Shown: positions 37,295-51,478 of the stretch, in pieces | Layout: each line of letters opens with the position of its first letter | How positions within the stretch are numbered: position 1 is the stretch's first letter | Assembly: GCF_001194135.2 (NCBI RefSeq) | Contig: NC_068982.1 | Location: 190,862,834 to 190,926,833 of the forward strand | Source: Octopus bimaculoides | Lineage: Eukaryota | Reading direction: 5' to 3' | DNA: 64,000 bases | Position numbers and translations under genes: made by a program | Notes under the pieces: generated by a model | The model's database searches: none | What the model saw: the letters and a program-made list of their open reading frames with translations, nothing else | Told to the model about the DNA's origin: nothing

Positions 37295-39094
37295 CATTTA
37301 ATGAGTTAATGACCAAAGTTCAAATCTTCTTCCCCAACCCCTTACACGAGTGGTGCTGACATTTTCTGGGATAAATGATACGAAACTAACCTCAACCCTT
37401 CATCTTGTTAAATGTTAGTTGCCTGGATCCTTTTTTTTTCTTTTACCCATGACCTGTGTGTCAATTAAACAAAGTTTTGGTTTCCTTGCACTATTCAATA
37501 TACAGCTCCTTAATCTGCATAAATCTCATGTCACAACTCAGATTCCATCAGCCTGATTCAGTCGCCAGTTGGTTCAATTTACATTTTTGCTTACTTTCTA
37601 GGTTTTTTATTTTTTTTATTTGGTGAGCCTTATGTCCTCTGACCTGGTAAGCTTCATACCATTAATGTTCTACTTAAATAGTCACAAATCAACACCTGTA
37701 GGAAGGAGAGACAAAAGTGGAGAGGAGTTTCCAGTGGGATGCTGTTCTGGTGATGAAGGATTAGCATAGTGTGGTTAGTGCAGGAAAAACAAGTCTGGAA
37801 AACTCACCATAAATATTTTTGTCGTGGGAAAATTTGCCATAGGAAATTTCACTGTGAAGGAGGTACACCTACAGGCTGTAAACTAGATAACTCATTTTAA
37901 AGAAATTACCTGTCTCTAATTGGTAAGTTAATTGATGACGTTGCCATTATAAGAAAAGAGCTCATCTTTTTCTTTTTCTTTTTTTTGTTGCAATTTTTTT
38001 TTTTTTTTGGTAAATTTTCCAACAGCCAAAATGTTTTATGGCAAAATTTCTACATAAAACTATAAAACGATAATTGTTAATCAGAAGATTTTTGCTCTAA
38101 TTATTATCAGTATCCGTGTATCCAAGATGCTCTTGCAGAATATCTGATCACTGTTGTGTTTCTTCATTGGGGAACATCTCCCTTTAGACAATGTGTATTC
38201 ATAATACAGGTAATACATTGATGTAACGGGGTTTTGAGATACTGTGGTATTTCAACTTTATTGCATGTCTCCTCAGTCAAATCTATGCCTGGATCAATGA
38301 ACCTAACAAGAGTACAGGCCCTTGTTTATAGAAAGCAGCAAACAAATTATTTACTGATGTGTGCTGATATCAATAAACAAGATCCAGCACTCTTGCTAGA
38401 ATCCTGTGTGTCATGGACACACTTAAAGGGAAGAGGAATTCTCCATTGAGGCAAATACAACCGTGGCCCTCACATTCACATTCAAATCAGCTCAAACCTA
38501 TTAAGAATAGACGCATGCATGCAGTTCATGAGTTATCATCAATATTATTTTAATTAAAGGTAGCGAGCTGGCAGAATCGTTAGTACACCAGGTAAATTGT
38601 TTATTGGCTTTTTGTCCATCTTTGTGCTATACGTTCAAATTTCACCAAGGTTGACTTTGCTGTCCATCTTTTCAAGGTCATTAAAATAAGTACCAGTTGT
38701 GCACTGGGGCTCGATGTAATCAACTAACACCAGTGCCTAAAATTGCTGGCCTTGTGCCAAAATTTTAAACCATTGTCATTGGCATTAGGAAGGGCATCCA
38801 GCTGTAGAAACACTGCCAGATCAGACTGGAGCCTGGTGCAGCCTCCTGGCTTCCCAGACCCCAGTTGAACCGTCCAACCCATGCCAGCATGGAAAACAGG
38901 CGTTAAACAATGATGATGTTTAGAATCAGTGGAGCACCAGACAAAATGGTTTATTGTCTATGTTTATTACATTTATTTATTTCACTCCAAGAATTGTGCA
39001 CTGCTCCTGAAAATGCATTCCAAAACGAGGGACAAGGCAACACTGGCAGTGGGGTGTTATGATTGAAGGGAGTCATGGCTGAGGGAATTCTAAG

Positions 39095-39125
<31 letters not shown>

Positions 39126-40081
39126 TTAATGTCCACTTTTCCATGCTTGCATGAGTCACACAGAATCTCTTGAAGCAGGTTTTCTATGGTTGGATGCCTT
39201 TCCTGGTGCCAACCTTCACCCGTTTCCAAGTAAGGTAATAATTTCCCCATGACCAGACCTGTTTATACAGAGGATTGGAAATGAAGAACACCACATTAGA
39301 TGATAATGACACTCTCTTACAACTATCACACAACGTCAAGGCAAAGAAACACTAACACCCCCCCTACACACACACACATATATACACATTTGATGGGCTT
39401 CTCTCAGTTTCCCTCTACCAAATTCACTCAAGGCTTCGATCAGCCTGGGGCTATAGAAGTTGACACTTGCCCAAGGTGCCATGCTGTGTAAGACAATGAA
39501 TTTGTCTTTCAAAAGGTTGTCTTTTATGGATAGTTCTCGTATGAGCACCATCATTATCAGATGTCCATTTTCCATGCTGGTTTAACAAGAGGTGGCCATC
39601 TGGAGAGCTGCACTAGGCTCCAATCATTTGTTTTGGCATGGTTACTGGATGCCCTTCCTAATGCCAGCCACTTAACGGAGTGTACTGGGTGCTTTTTATG
39701 TGGCACCAGCACGGCAGCTTTTTACAAGGTGCCAGCACAGGTGCTTTTTATGTGGCACCAGCACAGGTATGTGTGTGTGTGTATGTAAAATGATACCAAG
39801 AAAGTTTTTATGTATTAGCCACCACCACCCCACACACACACACTTCTTCCCCACTCCCAAACGCCTACACAAAGTGCTGATACTTTCTTTAATTTGTCAG
39901 ATTTAGTAGCGGCTGCCAGTTTATTCCAATTCTTCTGTTTACATTAAATAAGATCACAGCTTCTACTGCAGTGGAATTGTTTTCCTAAAGCAAATATTCA
40001 GGTGAATACAGAATTAAAAGTTTAATGGTTGCTTAAGAGGTTACAAAATTCTGCATGTAAAGTGGTGGGGAAGGAGTTAGC

Positions 40082-40112
<31 letters not shown>

Positions 40113-40894
40113 AGTGAGCCTGTGTGCATGTGTTTGTGTGTGTATGTGTGAGTGAGCCTGTGTGCATGTGTTTGTGTATACTCAGAATTCTTATTGAGAA
40201 CAGTAATTAGATTTACAGAAGGGCAATCAGAGATAGCAATTATTATCTTTCATGTATCTATATGTGTATCTATGTAGATATGGCCTAGTGGTTAGTGTGT
40301 AGCACTCACAGTTGCTAGATTGTAGGTTTGACTGCCAGACCAGGTGGCATATTGTGTTCTTGAGCAAAACACTTCATCTTACACTGCCCCAGTCCACTCA
40401 TCTGCAAATGGGTCACCCTGTGACAGACTAGCCTTCTGATCAGGGACAATGTTGGCCTGCTCACCTAACTTGCAAGGTGGCATCATTCAAGAGCTAAAAT
40501 AATGCAAAACAAAGCACATTGTGACCAGTTATATATAATAACATTCAATAGTCGGGTCAATACCAAGATACCGTAATATAGATAGTGCCGATGGACTGGC
40601 TTCTGTGCAGGTGGCACGTAAAATACACCATTTCAAGCATGGCCGTCGCTAGTACCGCCTGACTGGCACGTAAAAGCACCCACTACACTCTCGAAGTGGT
40701 TGGCATTAGGAAGGGCATCCAGCTGTAGAAACTCTGCCAAATCAGATTGGAGCCTGGTGTCGCCTCCTGGTCCACCAGTCCTCAGTTAAATCGTCCAACC
40801 CATGCTAGCATGGAAAACGGACGTTAAATGACGATGATGATGATGATGAGACAGACAGATCTGCTCCAGCCTCTGCACCACAACCATGCTGTGT

Positions 40895-40976
<82 letters not shown>

Positions 40977-41921
40977 TATCTTTTCTATTACAATGGTTCC
41001 ATCTTTTCAAATCTTGCTGCTCTTGTGCCACCTCTGCTCAGGTGCCCCTGGCTCAGTCATCTCTCCTTGTCCCATCACTCAGGTTGTATCCAACTCTGCC
41101 TGGTGCCACATCTGCCCTCACCCTCACCACTATTCCCAGTCCTTCCTCTCATAAACATTAATTCTTTGGAAACCCCCTCCATTGCTCACATTTGTCCTGC
41201 AGTTGTCAGTTTGCAACAAGTCCAGGGGACTGTTGACTGACGTCACTCTCATCAGAAAACCTGTAAAAACTGCGATGCCTGCCTTTTTTTTTTCTTTTTT
41301 CTGTACCTTGCTAATAACAGAGGTAAACAGTTTGAATAAAATGGCTTTGGTGTAAAAGAAGGGAAAACAAAGAGGACTCAATACTAAAAGTAGAGTGTCA
41401 AAATATATTTATCAAAGCTAATACCTGAGATTTATTGTCTCTCATGTACTGAAGTATTTACACATGGTCGTTTGTTTTTCAAGAACTTTATAAAATTTTG
41501 TACTGTTTGTCTTTTTTTTTTATTTTATTATTTCTATGTTGGTCATAGCCATATATTCAACGCTGAATAAACATTACAGCCATTAAATCTAGAAGAAGAT
41601 AGTTGAATATCAGATACAGTGGCTGGCAGGCAGGTTGGCAAGGAACAAACGACTTCAAGTACATGTGTGGTCGTTATATTTGCAAAGTTACATTGGCACC
41701 AATCTGCAGTGAGCAAGTACTTGAAGTGCTGTAGAAATGATGGCAAATGGAAATGATACGATCAGTACTTGAGGTAGGGTCAGACATCCAGTGGCAAATT
41801 AATAGCAAGAAATTCAGACTGTCTGCTGCTACCTGTGTACCTCTTTACATATGGAAACAACATTGCCTGATAGTTCTTCTGAAGATTTTAGATCTTTCAA
41901 CTTCGAGTTTGTTTTGTCTTT

Positions 41922-41961
<40 letters not shown>

Positions 41962-42959
41962 CACGCAGGTCTTTAAGGACGACCGGTGCCAGTCAATGCA
42001 TTTACTATCTGCAACCAAATGCATGTTTGGAATGTGTTGTTTGGGAAGATGCTTCCTCTTTGGATTCTGGAAACAAAGAATTGGGCCAACTACTTCTTTC
42101 TTAACCATTTTGTTGCCATCTTTTTGTTGAAATAGACTTCTTTTGTTTTTGTTAATTTTGAAAATAATGAAGAATTTAGAAAAAAATCATTTACTGTTTG
42201 TTCTCCCTGCTGCATGGGTTGCATGGTTTGACTGGAGCTGGTAAGGCCAGAGGACTGCACCAGCTTCCATTGTCTGTACAGTTCCATGCCCTTCCTACTG
42301 CCAACCACTTTGTTGGGTGTAGTTGGTGCTTTTCAATGGCACCATTACCCGTGCTTTTTATGTGGCACCGGCACCACATCGTAGTCTTAATGTAACAGAG
42401 AAAGAGAGGAGAAAGAGCAAAGCATATCTTTAGGGTTAACAGTAATAGTTTGTTGGTAAGGGGGGAGGTTTTCAAATCAATTGGAAGATTTCTTTATGAT
42501 CTAAAGTTTCTGCATGTGCGTGTGTGTGTGTACATGCACGCGTGTGTGTGTGTGCATGCGCACATGTGTGTGTGTAACAGCTGTTCTACTTTAGGTTTGT
42601 GACCAATACTTCTATGTGAGTTTATCTTGTTTCTTCAAAAGAGTTCACAGCTGTTCACAGCTTCAGTCGTTTTCTGACTCTGAAAACAGAAATTCTAGTC
42701 CTTCCTGCACAGTATTAATATGGTGTCACCAGTCGCTATGAAGAGTCCGCACAGAGTTTAGGGTGACATGTCATAGCATTTATATAAAGTTTGTTGAGGT
42801 TTTACAAGTTGCAAGTTGTGGTGCAGGTCACTAGTAAAGGGGGATAGTGTGAGGAAGATTTAATTTTATTATGATGTATGTGTGTATAAGAAGTGTATCT
42901 TGTGTAGGTGTGTTTCTGTGACTTGTATGTATGTAGTGACTGTCATTAGACTCTGTGTG

Positions 42960-43225
42960 TGTGTGTAGTGTCTGTAGTTGAAGAGATTGTCATGTGTTCA
43001 TTGAAAGCAATTTTCAACTGACTTTGTTTATGGAGGTGTCCTATGTTTGGCATCAACTGTCTTGGCTCACTGTAAACAAATTCCTGTTTGTAGAGGGTTA
43101 AAGAGGTGTGAAAGGTGGGGAATGTTTGTCGTGGCAACTGTCTGCCTTCAGAGGTTCATTCTTTGAAGACTGGTTGCAGGAATACCATCAAGATTGTTCA
43201 CCTTGTTAGCTCCAAATGCTGTGAA
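42960..43225 (-). pseudogene. highly decayed CR1/L2-like RT relic
   Basis: LDGIPA..PHLSHLFNPLQTG..NYR, resembling early RT motifs (GPDGIP, L..LFN..L.TG, NYRP). Confidence 0.45.
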
Positions 43226-43227
43226 GA

Positions 43228-43760
43228 GACATGGCTGTGTGGTTAGAAGTTTGCTTCCCAACCATGTGGTTCCAGGTTCAGTCCCAATGTATGGCATCTT
43301 CTACTATAATCTCAGGCTAACTGAAGCATTGTAACTGGTAGACGGAAACTGAAAGGAGCTTGTTGTGTATATATGTATGTATATCTATATATGGCACACC
43401 TTTTCTGCAGGTCTGAAAGTGTTTAAAACCAGAAATTTTGCATAAATTTTCACTTGGAACTTTTGTGTAAACTGAAAGCAGAGATGATGCAGAAACAATT
43501 GTAACTTATCATTGAAGATGTGTTAAAGTCTTTGTGTGGATTATCTGGATTATAGATGTGTGTGTCCTTGTATTTGGCCCTACCACTGCTTGACAACTGG
43601 TGTTGGTGTGTCTATGTCCCCATAACTTAGCGGTTTGGCAAAAGAAACTGATAGAATAAGTGCCAGGCTTTAAAAAAAGTAATGGAGTTGATTTTTTTCA
43701 GGCGGTGCCCCAGCATGGCCACTGTCTGATGGCTGAAATAAGTACAGGATAAAAGATAAA
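43228..43760 (+). mobile_element. SINE family A with a ~170-bp insertion in its TA/TG linker
   Basis: Head at 43228, unrelated sequence about 43390-43555, tail to 43760. Confidence 0.75.
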
Positions 43761-44047
43761 AGCCATGCAGCTGTTTACATGTAAAAGTGACCTGGAAGGT
43801 AGTTTTCACTTCCACTTTTCCATTTTTGCATGGGTCAGAGGGAGTTTGTTGAGACAGAGGTAGGTCTTCTGCGGTTTGATTCCCCTCCTGTCACCTGTTT
43901 CTCTTTAAGCTAATATTTACCCCTGGCATAACATGTTACAAATGAGTGACATTCATCTACAGGGATCATGTGCCCTAAGACAAAGAGATGCAAACATATA
44001 CACACTCACACACATACACACACACACACATCTTATATATGACTATG

Positions 44048-44049
<2 letters not shown>

Positions 44050-44090
<41 letters not shown>

Positions 44091-44640
44091 TTAACATCTG
44101 TTGTCCATGTTGGCATGGGTTGGATGGTTTGACTAGGTCTGGCACGCTGGAAGGCTGCACCAGACTCCAGTCTGATTTGGCATGGTTTCTACAGCTGGGT
44201 GCTCTTCCTAACACCAACCACTCCAAGAGCGTAATGGGTGCTTTTAAGTGCCAGTTGTATGACACCACTATCTGCCACAACTATGATTTCACTTGGCTTG
44301 ATGGGTCTTCTTCTCAAACATGGTCATTTGTCATTACCTCTGTGAGGCCCAACGCTCAAAAGGTGCTTTTTTACATGCCACTGGCACAGGTGCTAGTTAT
44401 ACGACAGTGGTATCGGCCACATTGCCTCCATGAGGCCCAACACTCGAATGGTGCTTTTTACATGCCACTGTCATGGGTGCCAGTTTTGTGACGCTGGCAT
44501 CAGCCACAATTATGATTTCACTTGGTTTGACAGGTCTTCTCAAGCATGGTATATCACCAAAAGTCTCGGCCACTAGTCATTGCCTCTACTTCACCATCTC
44601 ATCCCATGTCTTCCTGAGTCTAGCTATCCTTGTCCATACA
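44050..44640 (-). mobile_element. RTE LINE 3' end with internal UTR duplications
   Basis: (CAT)n, common tail, duplicated GCCACAA.TATGATTTCACTTGG blocks, and CCCATGTCTTCCTG (RKTW remnant) near 44605. Confidence 0.85.
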
Positions 44641-45012
44641 CATCACATGTAGCAGGCTTCCACATGGTTCCTATCTACCAAATCCACTCACAAGTCTTTG
44701 GTTGGCCCAGGGCTGTAGTGAAAAACACTTGCCCAAGGTGACAGTGGGACTGAGCCTGGAACCATGTGGTTAGGAAGCAAACTTCTGAACCACACAGCCA
44801 CACCTGGAATTGTAAATATATTGAGCAAGTGATGTTGTGACCTTTATCTTGGCTTAAAAAGAAAAGGATTTTGAAAAATTAGAAAAGATTCTAGTGGTAA
44901 GGGCCCACAAAAACCAATTTGAGTGGGTTGCAAGTGGTTGTGAGCAGTCACATTACAAAACCTCTTTTGTTGGTGGTTGGGGGAGGGGCTCATTTTATAT
45001 GCTTTGGGAATG

Positions 45013-45226
45013 TAGCACCCCAACTCAGCTCAAATCAGCCCAGAATTCGCAATACACAGGTATTGTTTTGAGCTGTGTGGGGTTGCTAGATTGCCTTGTT
45101 CAAAAATATAAGGATACAGATTGTGTCATATAGCCAGCTGGAGACAATGTCTCCTGGGGCTAAATTACAGCAACATTAGTCCTAAACCAGGACTGCCATG
45201 TTATGTTGGCAAACAATCTTTACTAC
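45013..45226 (+). mobile_element. 5'-truncated, 5'-inverted copy of the 15514-16000 element
   Basis: Reverse complement of 15514-15700; 45013-45034 is an inverted copy of 45067-45089. Confidence 0.8.
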
Positions 45227-46014
45227 GAATTCTGACCAGTTCTTTGAGAATAGATCTAAACCAGAGGTTCTCAACCAGGGTCCATCTATGATTTTTTTGA
45301 AATTTATCTCAAATAAATTGGTTTATATACTTCTACAATACACAAAATATTTTAACAATTTTTTTTCCTCGCAGTTCCTAATAATAGTTAATTATAAAAA
45401 TATAATTGGATTTTTTTTAAAAATCAAATGGCTCAGAGAGTCTGCTCGAGTAAAAAAGGAATCAGAGGAGTTCATTGACAAGAAATGGTCAAGAAGCACT
45501 GATGGAAACAATAGCAGAAGGAGAAAGAAATGTTGTCTGACCAAAGAGCATTTTGGGTTTGGAATGAAGGTTAAAAGAAGACAATGAAAGAGATTTTAGA
45601 TGAACTAATTGGGAAGTTAATTAAAACTTGTTACTTAATACTTTTATCTCTGTCTGTCCTACTGATCAGCATGTCTGTCTAGATGTCTATCTCTATGTAT
45701 TTAGCCATCTAGCTATTTGCTTCTCTATCTGTAAGTTTGTCTATCTACCTAATTACTTGCCTATCTTTGTCTGTCCGTGTGTGCATCCCTTTTCTTCTGG
45801 ACACATTAACCTCAGTACTCAACTGCTACTTATTTTATTGACCCCATGAAAGGTAAAGTCAACCTCAGCAGAGATTGAACCCATAACATAAAGACAGACA
45901 AAACGTTGCTTAGCATCTTGCCCAGTTTGCTAACGATTCTGCCAGCTCACTGAATATTTAATATTGTGAATTGGATTGAGGGAGCATTTGACTACTATTT
46001 TTACTCTTCTAAAC

Positions 46015-46050
<36 letters not shown>

Positions 46051-46927
46051 GATATCTCACCAGATTGTGGAGTTTGGTGCTTTACGATCTGTCTCTTATC
46101 TTAATATTAAATAATGGGACTGAGGTTTGATGTTGATGTTTCCCACTTGGCAAACGGAATTACAATGGAAAGTCTATGGCAGCGTTAGAGACCTTGACAT
46201 CAAACAGTGTCTACTTTGTTCTGGTGTTTTTGAATTGGAAAGGATGTAGAAGCAAGTAGATGATGAGGAGTTAATTAATAGGTCAATACAAACAAGGATT
46301 GAGGCTGTGATGACCTCACCACTGACAAAAATAAAAGCAGTTCATGTTGTTGTTAATAAATCCAGGCAAGGTCAGGTACATGTGTCTGTGTGTCTTTAAA
46401 TATATAATGTGTGTGTGTGTGTGTGTGAGAGAGAAAGAGAGGCTACAGGTTTTAATGCCATTTGTTCACTATGTTGCAACCTCTGCATTGGATATTCCAA
46501 ATGCATTTGGATGCTGAACCTCAACAGATCATCAGGGCAACACTGTATTCATTGTGTTACACACATCAAAAGCATTAGATATAGTGCTAAGTACAACAGT
46601 TAGCACGGGAACAATTCTCACCTTGGTTTCTCACACTCTCTTCATCGCTCCAGCTAGGGTTGATAGTTCTCAGTTTTTTTTCAATTTCTTGGTATCCACT
46701 CTATCACATATGCTATTGCAGTCTGTGATCTTACACTGTTAGCTTGTCCCTTATAACCATATCTGGTCTTGCTTCAACAGTATGGTCAGTCTTTTTGAGG
46801 AAAATCCCATAAAATCCTCTAATTGCTATTCTCTGTTCAGACCACTTTTTTTGTTATTTTGAATCCTCATATCTAGCTAACTTACCAATTCACTCTTTTA
46901 CCAACATAGAGAGAGAGAGAGTGACAG

Positions 46928-47292
46928 GGATGGCTGTATGGTAAGAGGTTTGCTTCCCAACCACATGGTTCCAGGTTCAGTCCCACTACATGGAACCTTG
47001 GACAAGTGTCTTCTGCTATAGCCTCAGGCTGACCAAACCCTTGCGAGTGGATGTGGTAGACGGAAACTGAAGGAAGTCCATCGTATGTATGTGTGTCTGT
47101 GTTTGTTCCCCACCACTGTTTGACAACCTGTGTTGGTTTATTTATGTCCTATAATTTAGCAGTTCAGCACAAGATACCAATAGAACAAGTACCAGGCTTT
47201 AAAAAAGGAAATAAATAGTACGGTTGACTCATTTGATTGAAATTCTTCTAGGTGGTGCCCCAGCATAGCCACAGTCCGATGACTGAAACAAG
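46928..47292 (+). mobile_element. SINE family A, full length
   Basis: Head GGATGGCTGTATGGTAAGAGG to tail GACTGAAACAAG. Confidence 0.85.
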
Positions 47293-48190
47293 TGGTATCA
47301 AAAAGTTCCCAAACTAGTTCTGTAGTGTGCCAACAGATGGCAGCACATGGTTGCATGTGCAGTGAGAGCTAGCAGTGACCTTCACGAGGCAGTGTGTCGA
47401 GTGACATCATTGTGTTTGCTTCACAAGTTGTGAAATTTGTGTTTTTCTGATCACGTGTGTGCTGTAATCTGCGATTTTGTCATGGACAGGAAGTTGGAAC
47501 AAAAAGACAATGTGAAGTTTTGCATGACACTCGGGAAGTCTGCTACAGAGAAATTGAACCTGCTTTGGCAAGCTTACAGTAACAAGGTAATGAGTCGTAC
47601 GCAATATTTCAAGTGACCTGGATGCTTCAAAAGTGGAAGGACATCCCTGGAAGATGGTGAGCAATCTGGAATACCTGTCATGAGTGTCACTCCTGGAAGT
47701 GTGGTATTGTGAATGAAGAATTCGTCCTCCTGAGCCAAGAGTTTTACTGCAACGTTTTGAGGTGTTTGAGGGAGCACATTCAATGAAAACGACGGGATGT
47801 GTGGTGTTGCAAAGAATTGGATTCTTTGCAACATCAATGCACCCTATCACCAAGTTCTCCTCACTTGGAAATTTCTTGCCAAAAGCAGCATGGTATCGCT
47901 TCCACACCTGTTCATCAAATTTAACACCTGCGAATTTCCGTCCCTCACGCCAAGATGAAAATGCAGCTCAAAGGTTGCTGTTTTAACACCATTGTTGAGA
48001 TTCAGAGTGAATTGTAGAAGGTCTTTGACTGGCTTACAGAAAACAACTTCCAGGCTGCAGGAGCGCTGGGACCAATGTATTGCTACTGCACCAGGAGACT
48101 ATTTCAAAGGAGATGACGTTAAAACTTAGGTAAATGAGTTATTTTTTTATTGAACATAACTAGTCCGAAAACCTTTTGAAACCAACTCAT
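47291..48190 (+). mobile_element. internally deleted mariner transposon
   Basis: TIRs AGTGGTATCAAAAAGTTCCCAAACTAGTT and AACTAGTCCGAAAACCTTTTGAAACCAACTC. MDRKLEQKDNVKFCMTLGKSATE..FKSGRTSLED at 47482, joined to the C-terminal catalytic half. Confidence 0.9.
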
Positions 48191-48944
48191 AAAAAGTGAA
48201 AGATAAAGATTTTGATTTGAGACTCAACGTGTATGTCATCAGATTGCACCAGCATGGCTACTGTTTGATACATCTTTAGAGGGAGATAACTGTCCATTCC
48301 CTCAGTGTATGCATGTGTGAAAGAGAGAGCAAGAGACTTGTGTGTGTGATGGCTATTTATTCCCTTTCCTGGCATCCCACTTGATCTCCCCTTTCTTCGT
48401 CCACAGTCTCTAATAAAAAAAATCACTTCTTCTTTCTATGGCCGTCTTTGTTAGACTCACCCCTCGACAGTTTCTCAGCAAACTTCTCTGACTCGTTATC
48501 AATAGAAATATAAAAATACAGCCACTAATTTCTTTCCACCAGCGTATTAGAAAGTCTTTAAAAATCAGAGCTGGTAGTCAGCCAGTTTGTTTATTTTCCC
48601 GTATTCCTATCGTACTGGAATTGATAAAGTTTCCAAAATTAGTCATGCAAATGCATAAGAGATAAAATGGAATCGTAAAAACTCTGCGTGTAAAGTTAAA
48701 TTTGATATGTGGAGGAAGGCAAAGCTGGTTGAAGCCATGATTACCCGTTTGGACAGTAAACACTTGTCTGAGTGAGAGTAATTATTGTAAAGCTTCAGGG
48801 ATGGAGAGGAGAGAGAAATTGTAATTTAACGACATGTCTGCCTCTGCCTTCTGCTAATTTAACGAGGTCGTTGCTCACTTTAACATCTTTTATTCAAGTA
48901 ATCACTACATACACATTTAAAATATATAAATCCAGACATACATC

Positions 48945-49243
48945 ATCATCATCGTCATCGTCATCGTTTAACGTCCGCTTTCCATGCTGGCACGAGTTGG
49001 ACGGTTTGACTGAGAACTGGCAAGATGGGAAGCTGCACCAGTCTCCAGTTTGATCTGGCAAGGTTTCTACAGCTGGATGCCCTTCCTGACACCAACCACT
49101 CCAAGAGTGTAGTGGGTGCTTTTATGAGCCACTGGTATGGGTGCCAGTCAGACAGCACTGGCATTGGCCATGACTACAATCTCACTTGGCTTGCTAGGCT
49201 TTCTCAACCACGGCATATCTCCAAATGTCTTGGTCGCTTGTCA

Positions 49244-49245
<2 letters not shown>
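48945..49245 (-). mobile_element. RTE LINE 3' UTR fragment
   Basis: Common tail family; similar copy at 58520-58760(-). Confidence 0.85.
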
Positions 49246-49303
<58 letters not shown>

Positions 49304-49315
49304 GCACATATGTCA

Positions 49316-49690
49316 TCAGGTGCAGGCATGGCTGTGTGGTAAGAAGTTCACTTCCCAACTGTAAGGTTCCAAGTTCAGTCTCACTGCATGCCAACTTGAA
49401 AAAGAGTCTTCTGCTACAGCCCCAGGCTGACCAATGCCTTGTGAGTGGTTTTGTTAGATGGAAACTGAAAGAAACTTGTCATGTGTAAATGTGTGTGTAT
49501 GTGTTTGTCTATTTCTCCCCCACCACCACATGAAAACTGGAGTTGGTGCATTTACTTCCCCATAACTTAGCAGTTCAGCAAAGAGACTGGCAAAATAAGT
49601 ACCACGTGGTTGATTCATTCAGCTAAAAATTCTTCAAGGTTATGCTCCAGCATGGCTGCAGTCAAATGACGGAAACAAAAGATAAAAGTA
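49316..49690 (+). mobile_element. SINE family A, full length
   Basis: CAGGTGCAGGCATGGCTGTGTGGTAAGAAG head to GACGGAAACAAAAGATAAAAG tail. Confidence 0.85.
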
Positions 49691-51199
49691 TGGTGTGTGT
49701 GTGTTCACATGCATACACATTCCTCTACCGCCAGATTGTTTAATTCTGTAACACTTCCGGCTGTTCTTTTACTGGTTTTAGTCTTTGGATTGCTGCCATG
49801 TTGTGTCACTGGTTTCCCGTTCTTCAACCAATCGTTTAATTCCAATATCGATTTCAGGTCAATGCTTATTTTAGTAATATTGATTTCGGGAATGACCATG
49901 TTGCATTTTGATGTAAAGAGACATGCACACGTGCGCATGCATGTGCATGCATACTCACACACACACACACACACACATGCACAAACGCACACATACAACC
50001 AACCACATACACATGCACAAACGCACACACACATCACTATTTCGCCCTCCTACCTCTGTTCTACTCCATCACTTCAAACCCAAGACAAATCTACTCTGGT
50101 GTGTGCCTTCACAGTCATCCCATATATTGTGAGTGAAAATGAGGGGATGGAAAGTGTAGAGAAGCCTCTCGTGTGGATTGTACTTGTAATTCGGAAGGTA
50201 CAGTCTTGCTGATTCTGCTCAAGTTGTACATTGAGAGCACACATGTCTCTGGAATACTCAGCTACTTCCAAGCCAGTTTAACGAGATGGGGATTCAGTTG
50301 ATTAACTCCATCACACTGGGTTCCCAGTATATCGGAAATAGCATGAACAGAATCTCCACCAGATTCCCAGTAAAGTAGTAATGGACAACACACACAGCAA
50401 AAGAAGATGGAATACCGAAAGACAGGCCACTGATCCACGTTGCAGCAGCTTTGGAACCAAGTGTGTTTTGTGGTTTCTTGTTAATGGTGTCTCCCATCAA
50501 AGCTGTTGTTTGCTTTTGTTTCTAATGAAAAAAAACAAACGATTTTGCAATGAAACAAGTGTGTGATGACCCCAGCCCTTCATCTTGTAAACATGCAAGG
50601 CCCTGACTTTTTGCTGTTGGGGGAATTATTGATGATGTTTATTCTTGGGACGAAGAGTTCACCCTTACACAGACAAATGAGTGATTTGGACAATGAAACT
50701 GGTGAAAGGGATGAGGAAAGTAGCGATTCGGATGAACGAATGCAGTTGGTGAGAGATAAGCCTATTATTGTTCTCCTGAATGATTCTGTGATTCTGTCCA
50801 TTAGTTTGCCTATAATTGTTACCCTTGGGCTGTGTATGCAACTATTTATTATATTGTTTTTGCTCAGGAGCCCAGGTGAAGGGTAAAGTTAAACGTAGAG
50901 GCCCAGGGCTGAGAGGATTAAACAATAGAATTATTTACTCATAGAAAAAGTTCAAACTGAACGAGACTTTGAACTTTACAATAAATTCAACTCTGTTGAT
51001 TCACCTCAGCAGTAAATGCTGCAATTGTTAAACTTGTTTTAGAAATATAAAACCTTAACATTCTTACACACATACACATATTCTTACACATACAGACAAA
51101 CAGAAAAAATAGGCTTCTGCACAGTTTCATTTTACTAAATTCCCACCAGAAAGCATTCTTCTTCATTTAGTACTGTGTCCAGAATATAGGACAAAGGTG

Positions 51200-51478
51200 T
51201 TTATGTCCTGTTACAATTCTCGGTTCTTTGTTTTCTGTAACAGTTCCACTTGCCGATGTTTAATGCCTCTCTCTTCCAACCAATTCCTCAAACTTTGCAT
51301 CCTTCTCCTTCCTCCGCTTCTTTTTCTTTCAGTCTTTCTGGTCATCACTAAGAAATCTCAGTTGCTTGGCCCTTATCTGATGAACCAGTTTCCTATTTAC
51401 TGCATCCGGGGCCACCACTTCTCCATCACACGTTTTGTCTGTCCATGCTATCCTCAATATTCCAAAGCTGGAGTACAA
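51200..51478 (-). pseudogene. RTE RT C-terminal relic nested within a SINE A copy (about 51085-51565)
   Basis: LRIAWTDK..EV..NRKLVHQIRAKQLRFL..ELLQKTKNREL; SINE A body on both sides. Confidence 0.65.
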
